A stretch of 60,076 nucleotides of DNA from sequence record DRR723986_1737, one strand, 5' to 3'. Positions 48,877 through 57,939 of the stretch are shown one piece after another; positions within the stretch are counted from its first letter, which is position 1, and the number at the start of each line of letters is the position of its first letter. Under the pieces are notes generated by a model that saw nothing but the letters and a program-made list of their open reading frames with translations, was not told the origin of the DNA and made no database searches. Position numbers and translations under genes: made by a program.

Positions 48877-49716
48877 ATGAGCAGCAGACCGGTAGCATTT
48901 ATTACCGGGGCGAGCCGGGGTATCGGCGCCGAGACCGCCGTGGTCCTGGCCCGGGCCGGCTACGACCTGGCGCTTACCGCGCGCAGCCTGGAAGAGGGCG
49001 AGTGCCACGAGCACGGCAGTTGGGAAAGCAATACCCATCCGCTTGCCGGCAGCCTGCGGACCACGGCTGGGCGCATTGCCGATGCTGGTGGCCAGAGCCT
49101 GTGCTTGCGCTCGGACATTCTTGAGCCTGAGACGGTACTGGCCGCGCTCAGGCAGGCCGAGGCGCATTTTGGCCGGATCGACCTGTTATTCAACAATGCC
49201 TGCTACCAGGGCCCAGGGAACCTGCAGCGCCTGCTGGATGTTACGCCCGCGCAGCTACTGGCTATTTACCAGGGCAACGTGCTGACTCCGCTGGCAGCGG
49301 TGCAGCAGGTCTTGCCCGGTATGCTTGAGCGCGGTTCCGGGGCGATTATCAACATGGTGTCAGGCTCCGCGGTGAATGCGCCCCCGGCCCCTGCGGACCA
49401 GGGCGGTTGGGGATTTGCCTATCCCTCGTCCAAGGCGGCCCTGATCCGGATGGTGCTCAGCCTGCGGGTAGAGCATCCCGATAGCGGCTTGCGCTTCTTC
49501 AATGTGGAGCCGGGTTTCGTCTACACGGAGGTCATGCGAGCCAATAATTTCGGGGAAGCCGAGGCCGCACGGTTCGGCCCCTCGCAGCCGGAGGATATTG
49601 CCAGGGTGATCGGCTGGCTGGCCGAATCCCCGGACGCAATGCGCTACCATGACAAGCAGCTGGTCTACGCACCACAACTGCTGCAGCGCCTGGTTGACCA
49701 ACAGGCTGTGGACTGA
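48877..49716 (+). CDS. SDR oxidoreductase
   Basis: AGGAG RBS, TGASRGIG, NNA, YPSSK. Confidence 0.9.
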   Translation: MSSRPVAFITGASRGIGAETAVVLARAGYDLALTARSLEEGECHEHGSWESNTHPLAGSLRTTAGRIADAGGQSLCLRSDILEPETVLAALRQAEAHFGRIDLLFNNACYQGPGNLQRLLDVTPAQLLAIYQGNVLTPLAAVQQVLPGMLERGSGAIINMVSGSAVNAPPAPADQGGWGFAYPSSKAALIRMVLSLRVEHPDSGLRFFNVEPGFVYTEVMRANNFGEAEAARFGPSQPEDIARVIGWLAESPDAMRYHDKQLVYAPQLLQRLVDQQAVD

Positions 49717-49779
49717 CCCTGGCCGGGCGCGGGCAACTGCGTCCTGGTCGCTTGCATCATCGAGGATGGAGAAACAGGA

Positions 49780-50700
49780 ATGAAAGTACTGGTAATTGGC
49801 GGTTCAGGATTGATTGGCGGGGACGCAGCGCTGCACCTCGCCGAACGGGGTCATGACGTGACCATCATGTCACGCCGGCCGCCGGAAGCACCCGCCCTGG
49901 CTAAACTGGCTTTCCTGCAGGGAGACTATGTGCATGACGACCTGGCGGACGGGCGCCTGAACGGCTTCGACTGGCTGGTGTTTTCTGCTGCGGCAGATAT
50001 TCGCAACCTGCCTCTTGATGGGTCGGTGGAACCAGAGGCATTTTATCGCGAGTCCAATGACATTGCGGTGCCGCGCTGCCTGGAGGCGGCCCGCGATGCG
50101 GGAGTCAGCCGGGTGGTCTACATCGGCAGCTTCTACACCCAGATCGCGCGCCATCGCGTCGGCCCCTGCCCCTATGTGACCTCCCGCGACACGACTGATC
50201 GTGCGGTGCGGGCACTGTCATCTCCCGGTTTCGCGGTCTGCGCGCTGGACTGCCCGTTCGTCCTCGGTCACATTCCGGGCTCTAATGTCCCGTATATCGG
50301 TGCCCTGGCTGCCTATGCCAGGGGGCAGTTGGAAGGCGCCCCGGTGTTTGCACCGGCGGGGGGAACCAACCATATCAGTTCCCGCTCGGTCGCCGAGGCG
50401 GTGCTGGGCGCGCTCGAACACGGGGAGGGCGGCCGCGCTTACCTGGTGGGCGACCAGAATTACAGTTGGAAAGACTATCTGGAGCTGTGGTTCCGCGAAG
50501 CGGGCAACCCGGTCGAACTGGAGGTCAGGACAGACGAGCACCCGCTGTTCCCGGATGCCATTATGTTTGCCGGACCTGGGGCTACTGTGTCTTACGAGAT
50601 TCCTGAGGCAGAGCACCAACTGTTGGGTAACTATGCGCGTCAGCAGATTCCGGAAACCGTGCGGGAAATTCTCCGCGCCTATCCGGCGAATGGTGAATAA
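49780..50700 (+). CDS. NAD-dependent epimerase/dehydratase (extended SDR)
   Basis: GGSGLIG Rossmann motif; YVTSR in place of YxxxK. Confidence 0.85.
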   Translation: MKVLVIGGSGLIGGDAALHLAERGHDVTIMSRRPPEAPALAKLAFLQGDYVHDDLADGRLNGFDWLVFSAAADIRNLPLDGSVEPEAFYRESNDIAVPRCLEAARDAGVSRVVYIGSFYTQIARHRVGPCPYVTSRDTTDRAVRALSSPGFAVCALDCPFVLGHIPGSNVPYIGALAAYARGQLEGAPVFAPAGGTNHISSRSVAEAVLGALEHGEGGRAYLVGDQNYSWKDYLELWFREAGNPVELEVRTDEHPLFPDAIMFAGPGATVSYEIPEAEHQLLGNYARQQIPETVREILRAYPANGE

Positions 50701-50738
50701 GCCATGACTAAATTAACGGATTGCGGCGGGTATTACTG

Positions 50739-51983
50739 ATGTTCTACGGTTGGCGGGTTGTTGCGGGGGCTTTCCTGGCCCAGTTATTTGTTGTCGGCTT
50801 CTACACCTACGCCGTGAGCCTGCTGGTGGGTCCGGTGCGCGACGAGTTTGGTGTCAGCCTCGAGCATGTGATGTATAGCATGACCGTTGCCACCTTACTT
50901 GGTTTGGTGCTGACACCGCTGGCTGGCGTCTTGATCGATCGCATGCCGGTGCGCTGGCTGATGAGTATCGGCGCTGCGGTCTACGGTGTCGGTCTGTATG
51001 CCCTGTCTTACGTCGGCAGTATCACCACCTACATCCTGATCTTCGGTGTGTCGGTAGCGATTGCCAATGCCTTCTCCGGTTCGATCTGCGCGTCCGCAGT
51101 GATCGCCCGCTGGTTTACCGCGAATCGCGGCAAGGCGCTGGGAATCGCGGCCATCGGTACCTCGGTGGGCGGGGTGCTGGTGCCCGCCCTGCTGAGCGCA
51201 TGGCTTGCCGCCGACGGTTGGCGCGGTGCGCTGCAGTATTATGCGGCGACAATTCTGCTGGTAATGCTGCCAGCCACGGTCCTGCTGATACGCGGGCGCC
51301 CGGCCGATGTCGGACTGGAGCCCGAACCGGCCAGGGACGAGGGCGGCGCGCCCCCGGCCCAGGATCGTGTGCTGCAGTTGCCGGATATCCTGCGCAACCG
51401 GGCATTCTGGTCGATTGGCCTGAGCCTGGGTTTGCTGTTCGCTGCCTACACCGCGATCCTGTCCAACCTGACGCCTTATGCTACCGGCTACGGCCTGAGC
51501 CCTGAGCAGGCCTCCAGCCTGATTATGGTTGTGGCGATTGGCGGGCTGGCGGGGAAAATCCTGTTCGGCATCCTCGCGGACAACCTCGAATTGCGCACCG
51601 GCCTGTGGCTTGGTGAAGGCCTGGTGGTAGTTGCCTTCCTGATCCTGGCCCAGGCGCCCGCTTACCCGGTGATGCTGTTCGCCTGTGCTGTCCTCGGTCT
51701 TGCGCAGGGCGGTATGTTACCGGTGTGGGGAGCAATGATGGCGCAGGCCTTTGGCCTGGCCAGTTATGGCCGCGCCATGGGATTGATGGGCCCGGTTATT
51801 ACCCTTTGCGTCATGCCGAGTTTTCCGCTGGTAGGCCGTCTGTATGATGCCAGCGGCAGCTATGTGTCCAGCCTCTACCTGTTTGCCGGGGTGGCTGTTG
51901 TCGCCGCGCTGTTGCTGCTGCCGCTGCGGCTCGGGCAAGCTGGCACCGCGACCACTACCGGTGAATCGTCGGGCGAATCCTGA
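50739..51983 (+). CDS. MFS transporter (monocarboxylate/OFA-like)
   Basis: YGWRVV start, about 12 TM helices, WF..NRGKALGIA, GWR. Confidence 0.9.
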   Translation: MFYGWRVVAGAFLAQLFVVGFYTYAVSLLVGPVRDEFGVSLEHVMYSMTVATLLGLVLTPLAGVLIDRMPVRWLMSIGAAVYGVGLYALSYVGSITTYILIFGVSVAIANAFSGSICASAVIARWFTANRGKALGIAAIGTSVGGVLVPALLSAWLAADGWRGALQYYAATILLVMLPATVLLIRGRPADVGLEPEPARDEGGAPPAQDRVLQLPDILRNRAFWSIGLSLGLLFAAYTAILSNLTPYATGYGLSPEQASSLIMVVAIGGLAGKILFGILADNLELRTGLWLGEGLVVVAFLILAQAPAYPVMLFACAVLGLAQGGMLPVWGAMMAQAFGLASYGRAMGLMGPVITLCVMPSFPLVGRLYDASGSYVSSLYLFAGVAVVAALLLLPLRLGQAGTATTTGESSGES

Positions 51984-52008
51984 ACCAAAGCACAAACTGG
52001 GAGCACCT

Positions 52009-54132
52009 ATGTCGGGCAATTACGCACACTTACTCCAGCCGGGTCGTATCGGATCCCTTGAACTCCGTAATCGGATGATTGTCACCGCGATGGGCGTCAA
52101 CCTCGCCGAGGAAGACGGCAGTTGCGGCGAGCGTCTGATTGCCTACCACGAGCGACAGGCGCGCGGTGGCGTCGGCCTGATTGTGCTCGGGGTCACCGGT
52201 GTAGCCTGGCCTCACGGTGGCAACCTGCCCCGGCAGACCGCGATCTCGGAAGATCGCCACATTCCCGGGCTGCGTGCATTGGCCGATGCCGTGCACGGGC
52301 ACGGTGCCCGGGTGGCCGCACAGTTGCACCACGGCGGCCTGGTATCGGTGCAGGACATGAAGGAAGGTCGCCCCATCTGGGTGCCGTCCTATCCTGAACC
52401 TGGCCAGAGTGACCTGGGCGAGGGCATGCTGGAAAGCGAGATGCGCGCTTTCATCGATCCCGATCAGCCGCCTCCGCAGCTCCACGTGGTAACGGAAGAG
52501 GATATCGCGGTGCTGGTGGAGCGCTTCGCCGCTGCCGCCGCCCGGGCGCGGGAAGCCGGCCTCGACGGCGTCGAGATCCACGGCGGTCACGGCTACATTA
52601 TTTCCGAGTTTCTCTCGCCGGCTTTGAACCAGCGCGATGATGCCTATGGTGGCTCGCTGGAAAACAGGGCGCGCCTGCTGGTTGAGATTATCGCCGCGGT
52701 GCGGGCGCGTGCCGGTGCGGACTTCCCGGTATGGGTCAAGCTGGATGCCGGGGAATACGGCAAGCAGGAGGGTATCAGCCTGGCGGATGCTATCGCCACG
52801 GCGCGTCTCGCGGAAGCGGCCGGGGTCGATGCCATCACCGTATCCTCCTATCACGATCCCAATCGGGGCGCGCTGCACTCCGAGTCCAATATTCCCCATA
52901 CCCCGGGGCGCATGATTGCGGATGCGAGTGCTATCCGCAGCCAGATTGGGATACCGGTGATTACCTCCGGGCGTATCGAGCCGGAAGTAGCGGACCGGCA
53001 CATCGGCAAGGGTAACTTTGACTTCCTCGGCCTCGGTCGCAAGATGCTGGCCGACCCTGACCTGCCGGCCAAGCTCACCGCGGGCACGCCGGAGCAGATT
53101 CGCCCCTGTGTCTATTGCTACTGCTGTGTCAGCCAGATTTATGTGCTGCGAACGATCAAGTGTGCGGTTAATCCCGAAACGGCGTTCGAAAACGAGCGGG
53201 CGCTTATTGCATCAGACAAACCTCGCCATATCGCAGTGATCGGTGGCGGCCCCGCAGGTATGGAAGTGTCGCGGCGTCTGTCCCTGCGCGGACACCGGGT
53301 GACCCTGTTCGAAAGTGGACCGCGGCTTGGTGGCACCCTGCAGTTCGCCAGCATCGCCTACGCCCCGAACGGCCGCTTGCTCGACTGGTTGCGGCTGCAG
53401 ATTGAGGAGTCGTCTGTCGAGGTTCGACTGAACACCACGGTCACCGCGGCCCAACTGCGCGAGTTGGGTGCCGATGAGGTCGTGGTCGCGTCCGGCGCGC
53501 GTCGCGATATGCCGCCTATCCCAGGCGCCGAGCGGGACTTCGTGTTCAGCGGGGACGAGATGCGTTCCCTGGTCCTGGCCCAGGCGAATCCCTCGCTGAA
53601 ACGTAAGACCTCGCTGGTCACCCGTCTGTTGATGTCTGCCGGCGCGCTCAGCGGTGCCACCGCCAGGCCCGGGCTGGTGCGCTTTGCCAGCAAGTTCTGG
53701 CTGCCGCTGGGCGCACGTATCACCATCATCGGCTCTGAACTGGTAGGTCTTGAGCTGGCGGAATTCCTGGCCGAACGCGGGCGCGAGGTTACGGTAATTG
53801 ACAGCGCGCCGCAGGCGGGCAAGGGGCTGTACCTGGTACGCCGGATGCGTCTGCTGGCGGAACTGCGGGAACTGGGCGTGACCCTGATCGCGCGGGCGCA
53901 GGAACTGGTGATTGATGAGGGCGAAGTGAGTTACACCAATCCTCGTGGCCAGCGGCGGCGAGTGGCGACAGATCATGTCATTGTCGCCCAGGGCGCCAGT
54001 GGGGATCTTTCCCTGGCCGAGCAGTTGCGTCAGGAAGGCCTGAACGTGCACAGTATTGGTGACTGTAACGGCGTGGGCTACATTGAGGGTGCGATCGAAT
54101 CCGCCGCTGAACTGGCAGTAGCGCTGGGTTGA
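52009..54132 (+). CDS. NADH:flavin oxidoreductase (OYE barrel + Fe-S + FAD; 2,4-dienoyl-CoA reductase-like)
   Basis: LRNR, EIHGGHGY, NQRDDAYGGSLENR, CVYCYCC..C cluster, IGGGPAG. Confidence 0.92.
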   Translation: MSGNYAHLLQPGRIGSLELRNRMIVTAMGVNLAEEDGSCGERLIAYHERQARGGVGLIVLGVTGVAWPHGGNLPRQTAISEDRHIPGLRALADAVHGHGARVAAQLHHGGLVSVQDMKEGRPIWVPSYPEPGQSDLGEGMLESEMRAFIDPDQPPPQLHVVTEEDIAVLVERFAAAAARAREAGLDGVEIHGGHGYIISEFLSPALNQRDDAYGGSLENRARLLVEIIAAVRARAGADFPVWVKLDAGEYGKQEGISLADAIATARLAEAAGVDAITVSSYHDPNRGALHSESNIPHTPGRMIADASAIRSQIGIPVITSGRIEPEVADRHIGKGNFDFLGLGRKMLADPDLPAKLTAGTPEQIRPCVYCYCCVSQIYVLRTIKCAVNPETAFENERALIASDKPRHIAVIGGGPAGMEVSRRLSLRGHRVTLFESGPRLGGTLQFASIAYAPNGRLLDWLRLQIEESSVEVRLNTTVTAAQLRELGADEVVVASGARRDMPPIPGAERDFVFSGDEMRSLVLAQANPSLKRKTSLVTRLLMSAGALSGATARPGLVRFASKFWLPLGARITIIGSELVGLELAEFLAERGREVTVIDSAPQAGKGLYLVRRMRLLAELRELGVTLIARAQELVIDEGEVSYTNPRGQRRRVATDHVIVAQGASGDLSLAEQLRQEGLNVHSIGDCNGVGYIEGAIESAAELAVALG

Positions 54133-54163
54133 CGCGCGGGTAGCGTCAGCTCAGCGCTGGCGC

Positions 54164-54796
54164 TCAGTTGTTCTCAATAATGAGGATGGAGCCCCGCGCT
54201 TTTATCCCGCCCTTGCTCTGCCACTCGATCAGTTCCCCGCCGTGTTTGTCGATGCAGCGTTCGGCCATCTCAAGGAAGGTGGAGCGCTCCGGGTCGGCGA
54301 TCATGATACGTTTGACACCGGCGTTGATAGCCCGGTTGACCATATTGGTGACCGGTTTCACCAGTTCATCCCAGAAGCAGATATCAGCCGCGATCAGCAA
54401 GTCCTGACCCTTCAAGCGCTTTTTATTCAATTCCTCAAACCTGGCCACCATCGGTGTAGTCGTCACGCCGTTGAGTTCCGCCGCCACTTCGAGATAGGGG
54501 AATACGTCCGGGTCGGCGTCTACCGAGGTGACCACCGAGCCCATTTTCTTGGCACACCAGATGCCTGCAATACCCCAGCCGCAACCCACGTCCATTACTG
54601 TTGAAAAATGTTCCGGCGGTTCCCTGTGCAGATGATCGATCAGCAGGGCACTGGACTTCCAGAGCTTGGTCCCGTGGATGGTGGGGTTTGCGCCTTTGCG
54701 CCGGGCCCGGCGAATTGCCGGGTGCGAACCGGTTGGCATGACAACGCCACGGAAGCGATTTTCGATCTTGGGTTTCTTGGCAGTTTTTGAGGGCAC
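54164..54796 (-). CDS. Class I SAM-dependent methyltransferase (Methyltransf_16-like)
   Basis: HGTKLW, DVGCGWG motif I, AADICFW, ADPER. GTG start at 54796 is inferred. Confidence 0.82.
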   Translation of the reverse strand: MPSKTAKKPKIENRFRGVVMPTGSHPAIRRARRKGANPTIHGTKLWKSSALLIDHLHREPPEHFSTVMDVGCGWGIAGIWCAKKMGSVVTSVDADPDVFPYLEVAAELNGVTTTPMVARFEELNKKRLKGQDLLIAADICFWDELVKPVTNMVNRAINAGVKRIMIADPERSTFLEMAERCIDKHGGELIEWQSKGGIKARGSILIIENN

Positions 54797-54810
54797 AGTA
54801 GGTCCTTGGC

Positions 54811-56817
54811 TTAGCTCGGTGTTACCCAGATGGGCGAGGTCCACGCCCGCTCCTGGATTACCGGTGAATAAAAAGGCTCTTGTTTCGGATCGAGGCAACA
54901 GCGGTTGTAAACGTCGCCGAAAGCCCCGGCATCCTTTTGCTGCTCGTTCATACGCTCCGCCTGCACCGCGCAGTCACTGGCAAAGGGGTTGACCCCGGCA
55001 GCCTGGCATTGCCGCGTGCTCCAGCGACAGCTTGGGTTTTCCAGCACGCGCACGTAGTAGAAGGCCGCCTGTGTGGCGTCGTAATCAGGATCCTGCCAGA
55101 CCGTGCACAGCTGCTGTGCACCGGAGCCGGTAGTGGCGCAGGTCTGGGAGTCCACCCAGGCATCATTGGCGGCATCGCCGGCAATATCATAGACCCGCTC
55201 GTGGGTAGTTCCGTCGGCGTCCAGCCAGCCTTTGATAAGCTGCAGGCGCTGCAGGTCGGTGCCCGGGTGACCATCGATACCCGGATCCTTGGCGGCGCTC
55301 ACCAGAAAGTGGGGCGCGCTGTCGCCGGCGGGCAGTTCTGCGCCCATCGGCACGCCGGAGGCATAGGCATTTGCCACCATGTCGGGGCTATCACAGATAG
55401 CCGGGTCAAAGTCGTAGCCTGCGAAAAAACGCACCGTAGGCCGGGTGCCGCTGGTGGCGTAGGTTTCCCGCTGACGCATCCCCTCGAACAGGCTGTCGCG
55501 CGAGTTCTCTTCGGCCCAGACCACCGCAAGTCCGCCGGGATTGTCGAAGAAGTGATCCTGTAAATTGCGATAACCGGAGTCCCGGCGACCCAGGTGGCCG
55601 ACGTAATTGTCCTCCTCCGCGCCACCGGGGGTGGCGCTGTGGGTATCGGTACTGCCGATGAAACCCAGCTTGAACGGGTTGGTGCCGGTTGTTGACTCCA
55701 GCAAGAGGCCGTCCTTGAGAACATTGCGAACCATGTTGCGGCGCGCGAAGGACTCGATGGGAACCAGTTCGCCAGTTTCTGCCCGCATTTCGCCATACAC
55801 GGTGCCCAGCATGGACAGATTGTCGGCGGGCGCCTGCTCAAAGTCACACAGTTCATCTTCGGTGGCGACACCGCGGCCTGCCAGCCGGTCAAAGCGACAC
55901 TCGGAGGCCGCCTTGTGCTGCACCAGTTCTACCAGAGGTTCGAAGAACAGCCGGTCACGCGCTTCTTCCTCGGAGGCGGGGTCCGGAAACATCAGCCCGC
56001 GGCTGAGGTTTGGGTTATGCGGGATGGCCAGTACATCGCAGCCGGTTTCACCATCGATACACTCCGCCCGCAGCCGGCGCCACAGTTCCGGAACGTTGCG
56101 CGAGCCGGTGTCGTAGGTCGATATGGCGGTGTCAGTAACCCGCTCGTTGCGGAAAATCACGTTCCTGTGCAGGTTGGCGAAGTTAGGTGCATCGGTGTAC
56201 TCGTAGCCGATGAACGTTGTGAATTCACAGGCATCGCTGCGATCGTAGTGTTCTTCGGCCGCGATCTGGATGGCCTGCCAGGCTTCCCGGTGGGCCTGCT
56301 TGCAATCGTCAAGTGAACAGACCATGGACTCTTCCTTGGCCTGGGCGTCACCCGTTACGCCCAGAGACTGCCAGTAGTCCGCCGCCAGCATCTGGATAGG
56401 AAACAGTTCGCTGCGGGTGGCAATACAGCCGGGAAACCAGTAGGCGAGCCTGGAACTGTCCGTCGTGCAGAGCTTGATGGGTCCAAGGAACTCGGCGTGA
56501 TCGGTCACCGCAGTAAAGTCCAGCGGGCGCTGGATGCGAGCGCGGATCGTCTGTCCTGAGTCGGCGTCCGACAGGGTTATCGCCTCGCCTTTGGCATAAC
56601 GGTAGGCTCCGTCAGGACCATTGCGCTGGCTGGAAATATAGCTGTCAAATGACAGACTGGTATGAACATGGAGATCACCGAATAGCGGGCGCTTCAACGG
56701 CGTGTAATCGTCGCAGGGCGCTCTTTCCTCGGTTCGGGTAAAAGTCTGTGCGCTGACCGTGTCAGGCAACAGCATGGTCGCTATGATAAGCGTTGCGAGA
56801 GCGGATAAAGGTTTCAT
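54811..56817 (-). CDS. DUF3604 family secreted protein (Cys-rich paralogue)
   Basis: FGDLHVHT, TDHAE, IPHNPN, GSTDTH, ETYATSG, QERAWTSPIW. Confidence 0.85.
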   Translation of the reverse strand: MKPLSALATLIIATMLLPDTVSAQTFTRTEERAPCDDYTPLKRPLFGDLHVHTSLSFDSYISSQRNGPDGAYRYAKGEAITLSDADSGQTIRARIQRPLDFTAVTDHAEFLGPIKLCTTDSSRLAYWFPGCIATRSELFPIQMLAADYWQSLGVTGDAQAKEESMVCSLDDCKQAHREAWQAIQIAAEEHYDRSDACEFTTFIGYEYTDAPNFANLHRNVIFRNERVTDTAISTYDTGSRNVPELWRRLRAECIDGETGCDVLAIPHNPNLSRGLMFPDPASEEEARDRLFFEPLVELVQHKAASECRFDRLAGRGVATEDELCDFEQAPADNLSMLGTVYGEMRAETGELVPIESFARRNMVRNVLKDGLLLESTTGTNPFKLGFIGSTDTHSATPGGAEEDNYVGHLGRRDSGYRNLQDHFFDNPGGLAVVWAEENSRDSLFEGMRQRETYATSGTRPTVRFFAGYDFDPAICDSPDMVANAYASGVPMGAELPAGDSAPHFLVSAAKDPGIDGHPGTDLQRLQLIKGWLDADGTTHERVYDIAGDAANDAWVDSQTCATTGSGAQQLCTVWQDPDYDATQAAFYYVRVLENPSCRWSTRQCQAAGVNPFASDCAVQAERMNEQQKDAGAFGDVYNRCCLDPKQEPFYSPVIQERAWTSPIWVTPS

Positions 56818-56935
56818 TGATCTGCTTGCTCCGGCTAAAACGCCATTGTTGCACTGCACAAGGCTTGCCTGCCACCCGCTGTTGGTCCCGGGCTCCCCGG
56901 GCGCCGATCATCGTCGTAGATGGTTTGAAAAGCTG

Positions 56936-56978
56936 CCCTGCCGTCGCGCATGCTGGCGCTGGTCCTGCGCCGGCAGGG
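56936..56978 (-). terminator. Possible stem-loop terminator after the membrane cold-shock gene
   Basis: CCCTGCCG/CGGCAGGG outer stem plus GCGCA/TGCGC inner stem; short T-tract nearby on the - strand. Confidence 0.35.
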
Positions 56979-56997
56979 TTCGCGTTAAGACTGGGTG

Positions 56998-57420
56998 TTA
57001 CAGCGGTTCGACGTCTTCGGCCTGCGGTCCCTTATCACTGTCGGCGACGCGGAAGGACACCCGTTGTCCGTCGCGGAGACTGCGTCTGCCTTCACCGCGA
57101 ATGGAACGGAAGTGGACGAAGATCTCCTGCCCGTCGTCCATGGTGATGAAACCAAAGCCCTTGGAGACATTGAACCACTTCACGCTGCCCTGCTCGCGAT
57201 CTCCTTCATCGTCATCGTCAACAGCGGCGGCGCGCGACGCTGAAGCCGGCCGGGCCTTGTTGCTTCCCGCCCGCGCAGCGACAGCGCTGAGTACGGCGGT
57301 CAGGCAGAAAGCACCCATCAGGGCAAAGTCCGGAAACGTCTGTCCCTGCAGGAGCAGGAAGGCGGAAGAGATAACAAGGGCAACGATAAGGCTGGTGGCA
57401 ATAGCGACTGGGAAGGGCAT
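56998..57420 (-). CDS. Cold-shock domain protein with two N-terminal TM helices
   Basis: Two hydrophobic segments, a linker, then GSVKWFN..KGFGFI and IFVHFRSI. Confidence 0.88.
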   Translation of the reverse strand: MPFPVAIATSLIVALVISSAFLLLQGQTFPDFALMGAFCLTAVLSAVAARAGSNKARPASASRAAAVDDDDEGDREQGSVKWFNVSKGFGFITMDDGQEIFVHFRSIRGEGRRSLRDGQRVSFRVADSDKGPQAEDVEPL

Positions 57421-57632
57421 GGAACCTCTCTGGCAAGGATTGGATTAATGGTGTGGCCGTGCGGCTTGGCGCGCATTCTAGCACCAATTAATGATGCTTG
57501 CGGGGCCATCAGGTCACCCGGTCGGATTGCATGCGGGGAGCAGGGCGGGAACCGTCACCGTGGTATCCCCCGGGTCGCTGCTACGCAGTTCCAGCGTCGG
57601 GCAATGCCAATTGGCCATCGCCCGTGGCGGCG

Positions 57633-57845
57633 CTAGAGCTTGGTTACATCCTCGGCCTGCAGGCCTTTCGGCCCTTCGACGAGGTTGAATTCCACCGCCT
57701 GGCCCTCGTTCAGTGTTCTGTAGCCATCACCCTGGATGGAGCGAAAGTGGACGAACACGTCATCCTCGCTTTCTTCCCGGGTAATGAAGCCAAAGCCCTT
57801 GGCGTTGTTGAACCACTTCACCGTGCCGTTAACACGTTCACTCAT
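57633..57845 (-). CDS. Cold-shock protein (CspA family)
   Basis: 70 aa; [15 protein letters not shown] (RNP1), VFVHF (RNP2); GAGGA RBS. Confidence 0.95.
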   Translation of the reverse strand: MSERVNGTVKWFNNAKGFGFITREESEDDVFVHFRSIQGDGYRTLNEGQAVEFNLVEGPKGLQAEDVTKL

Positions 57846-57939
57846 ACCACTTTCCTCGGTGTTGCTACTGCTTTTTATTTTCTTGTTCCCCGTCGTCAGT
57901 GAGAGCGCCGGGGAGTGGAAACCGATTGTAATGGGGAAG

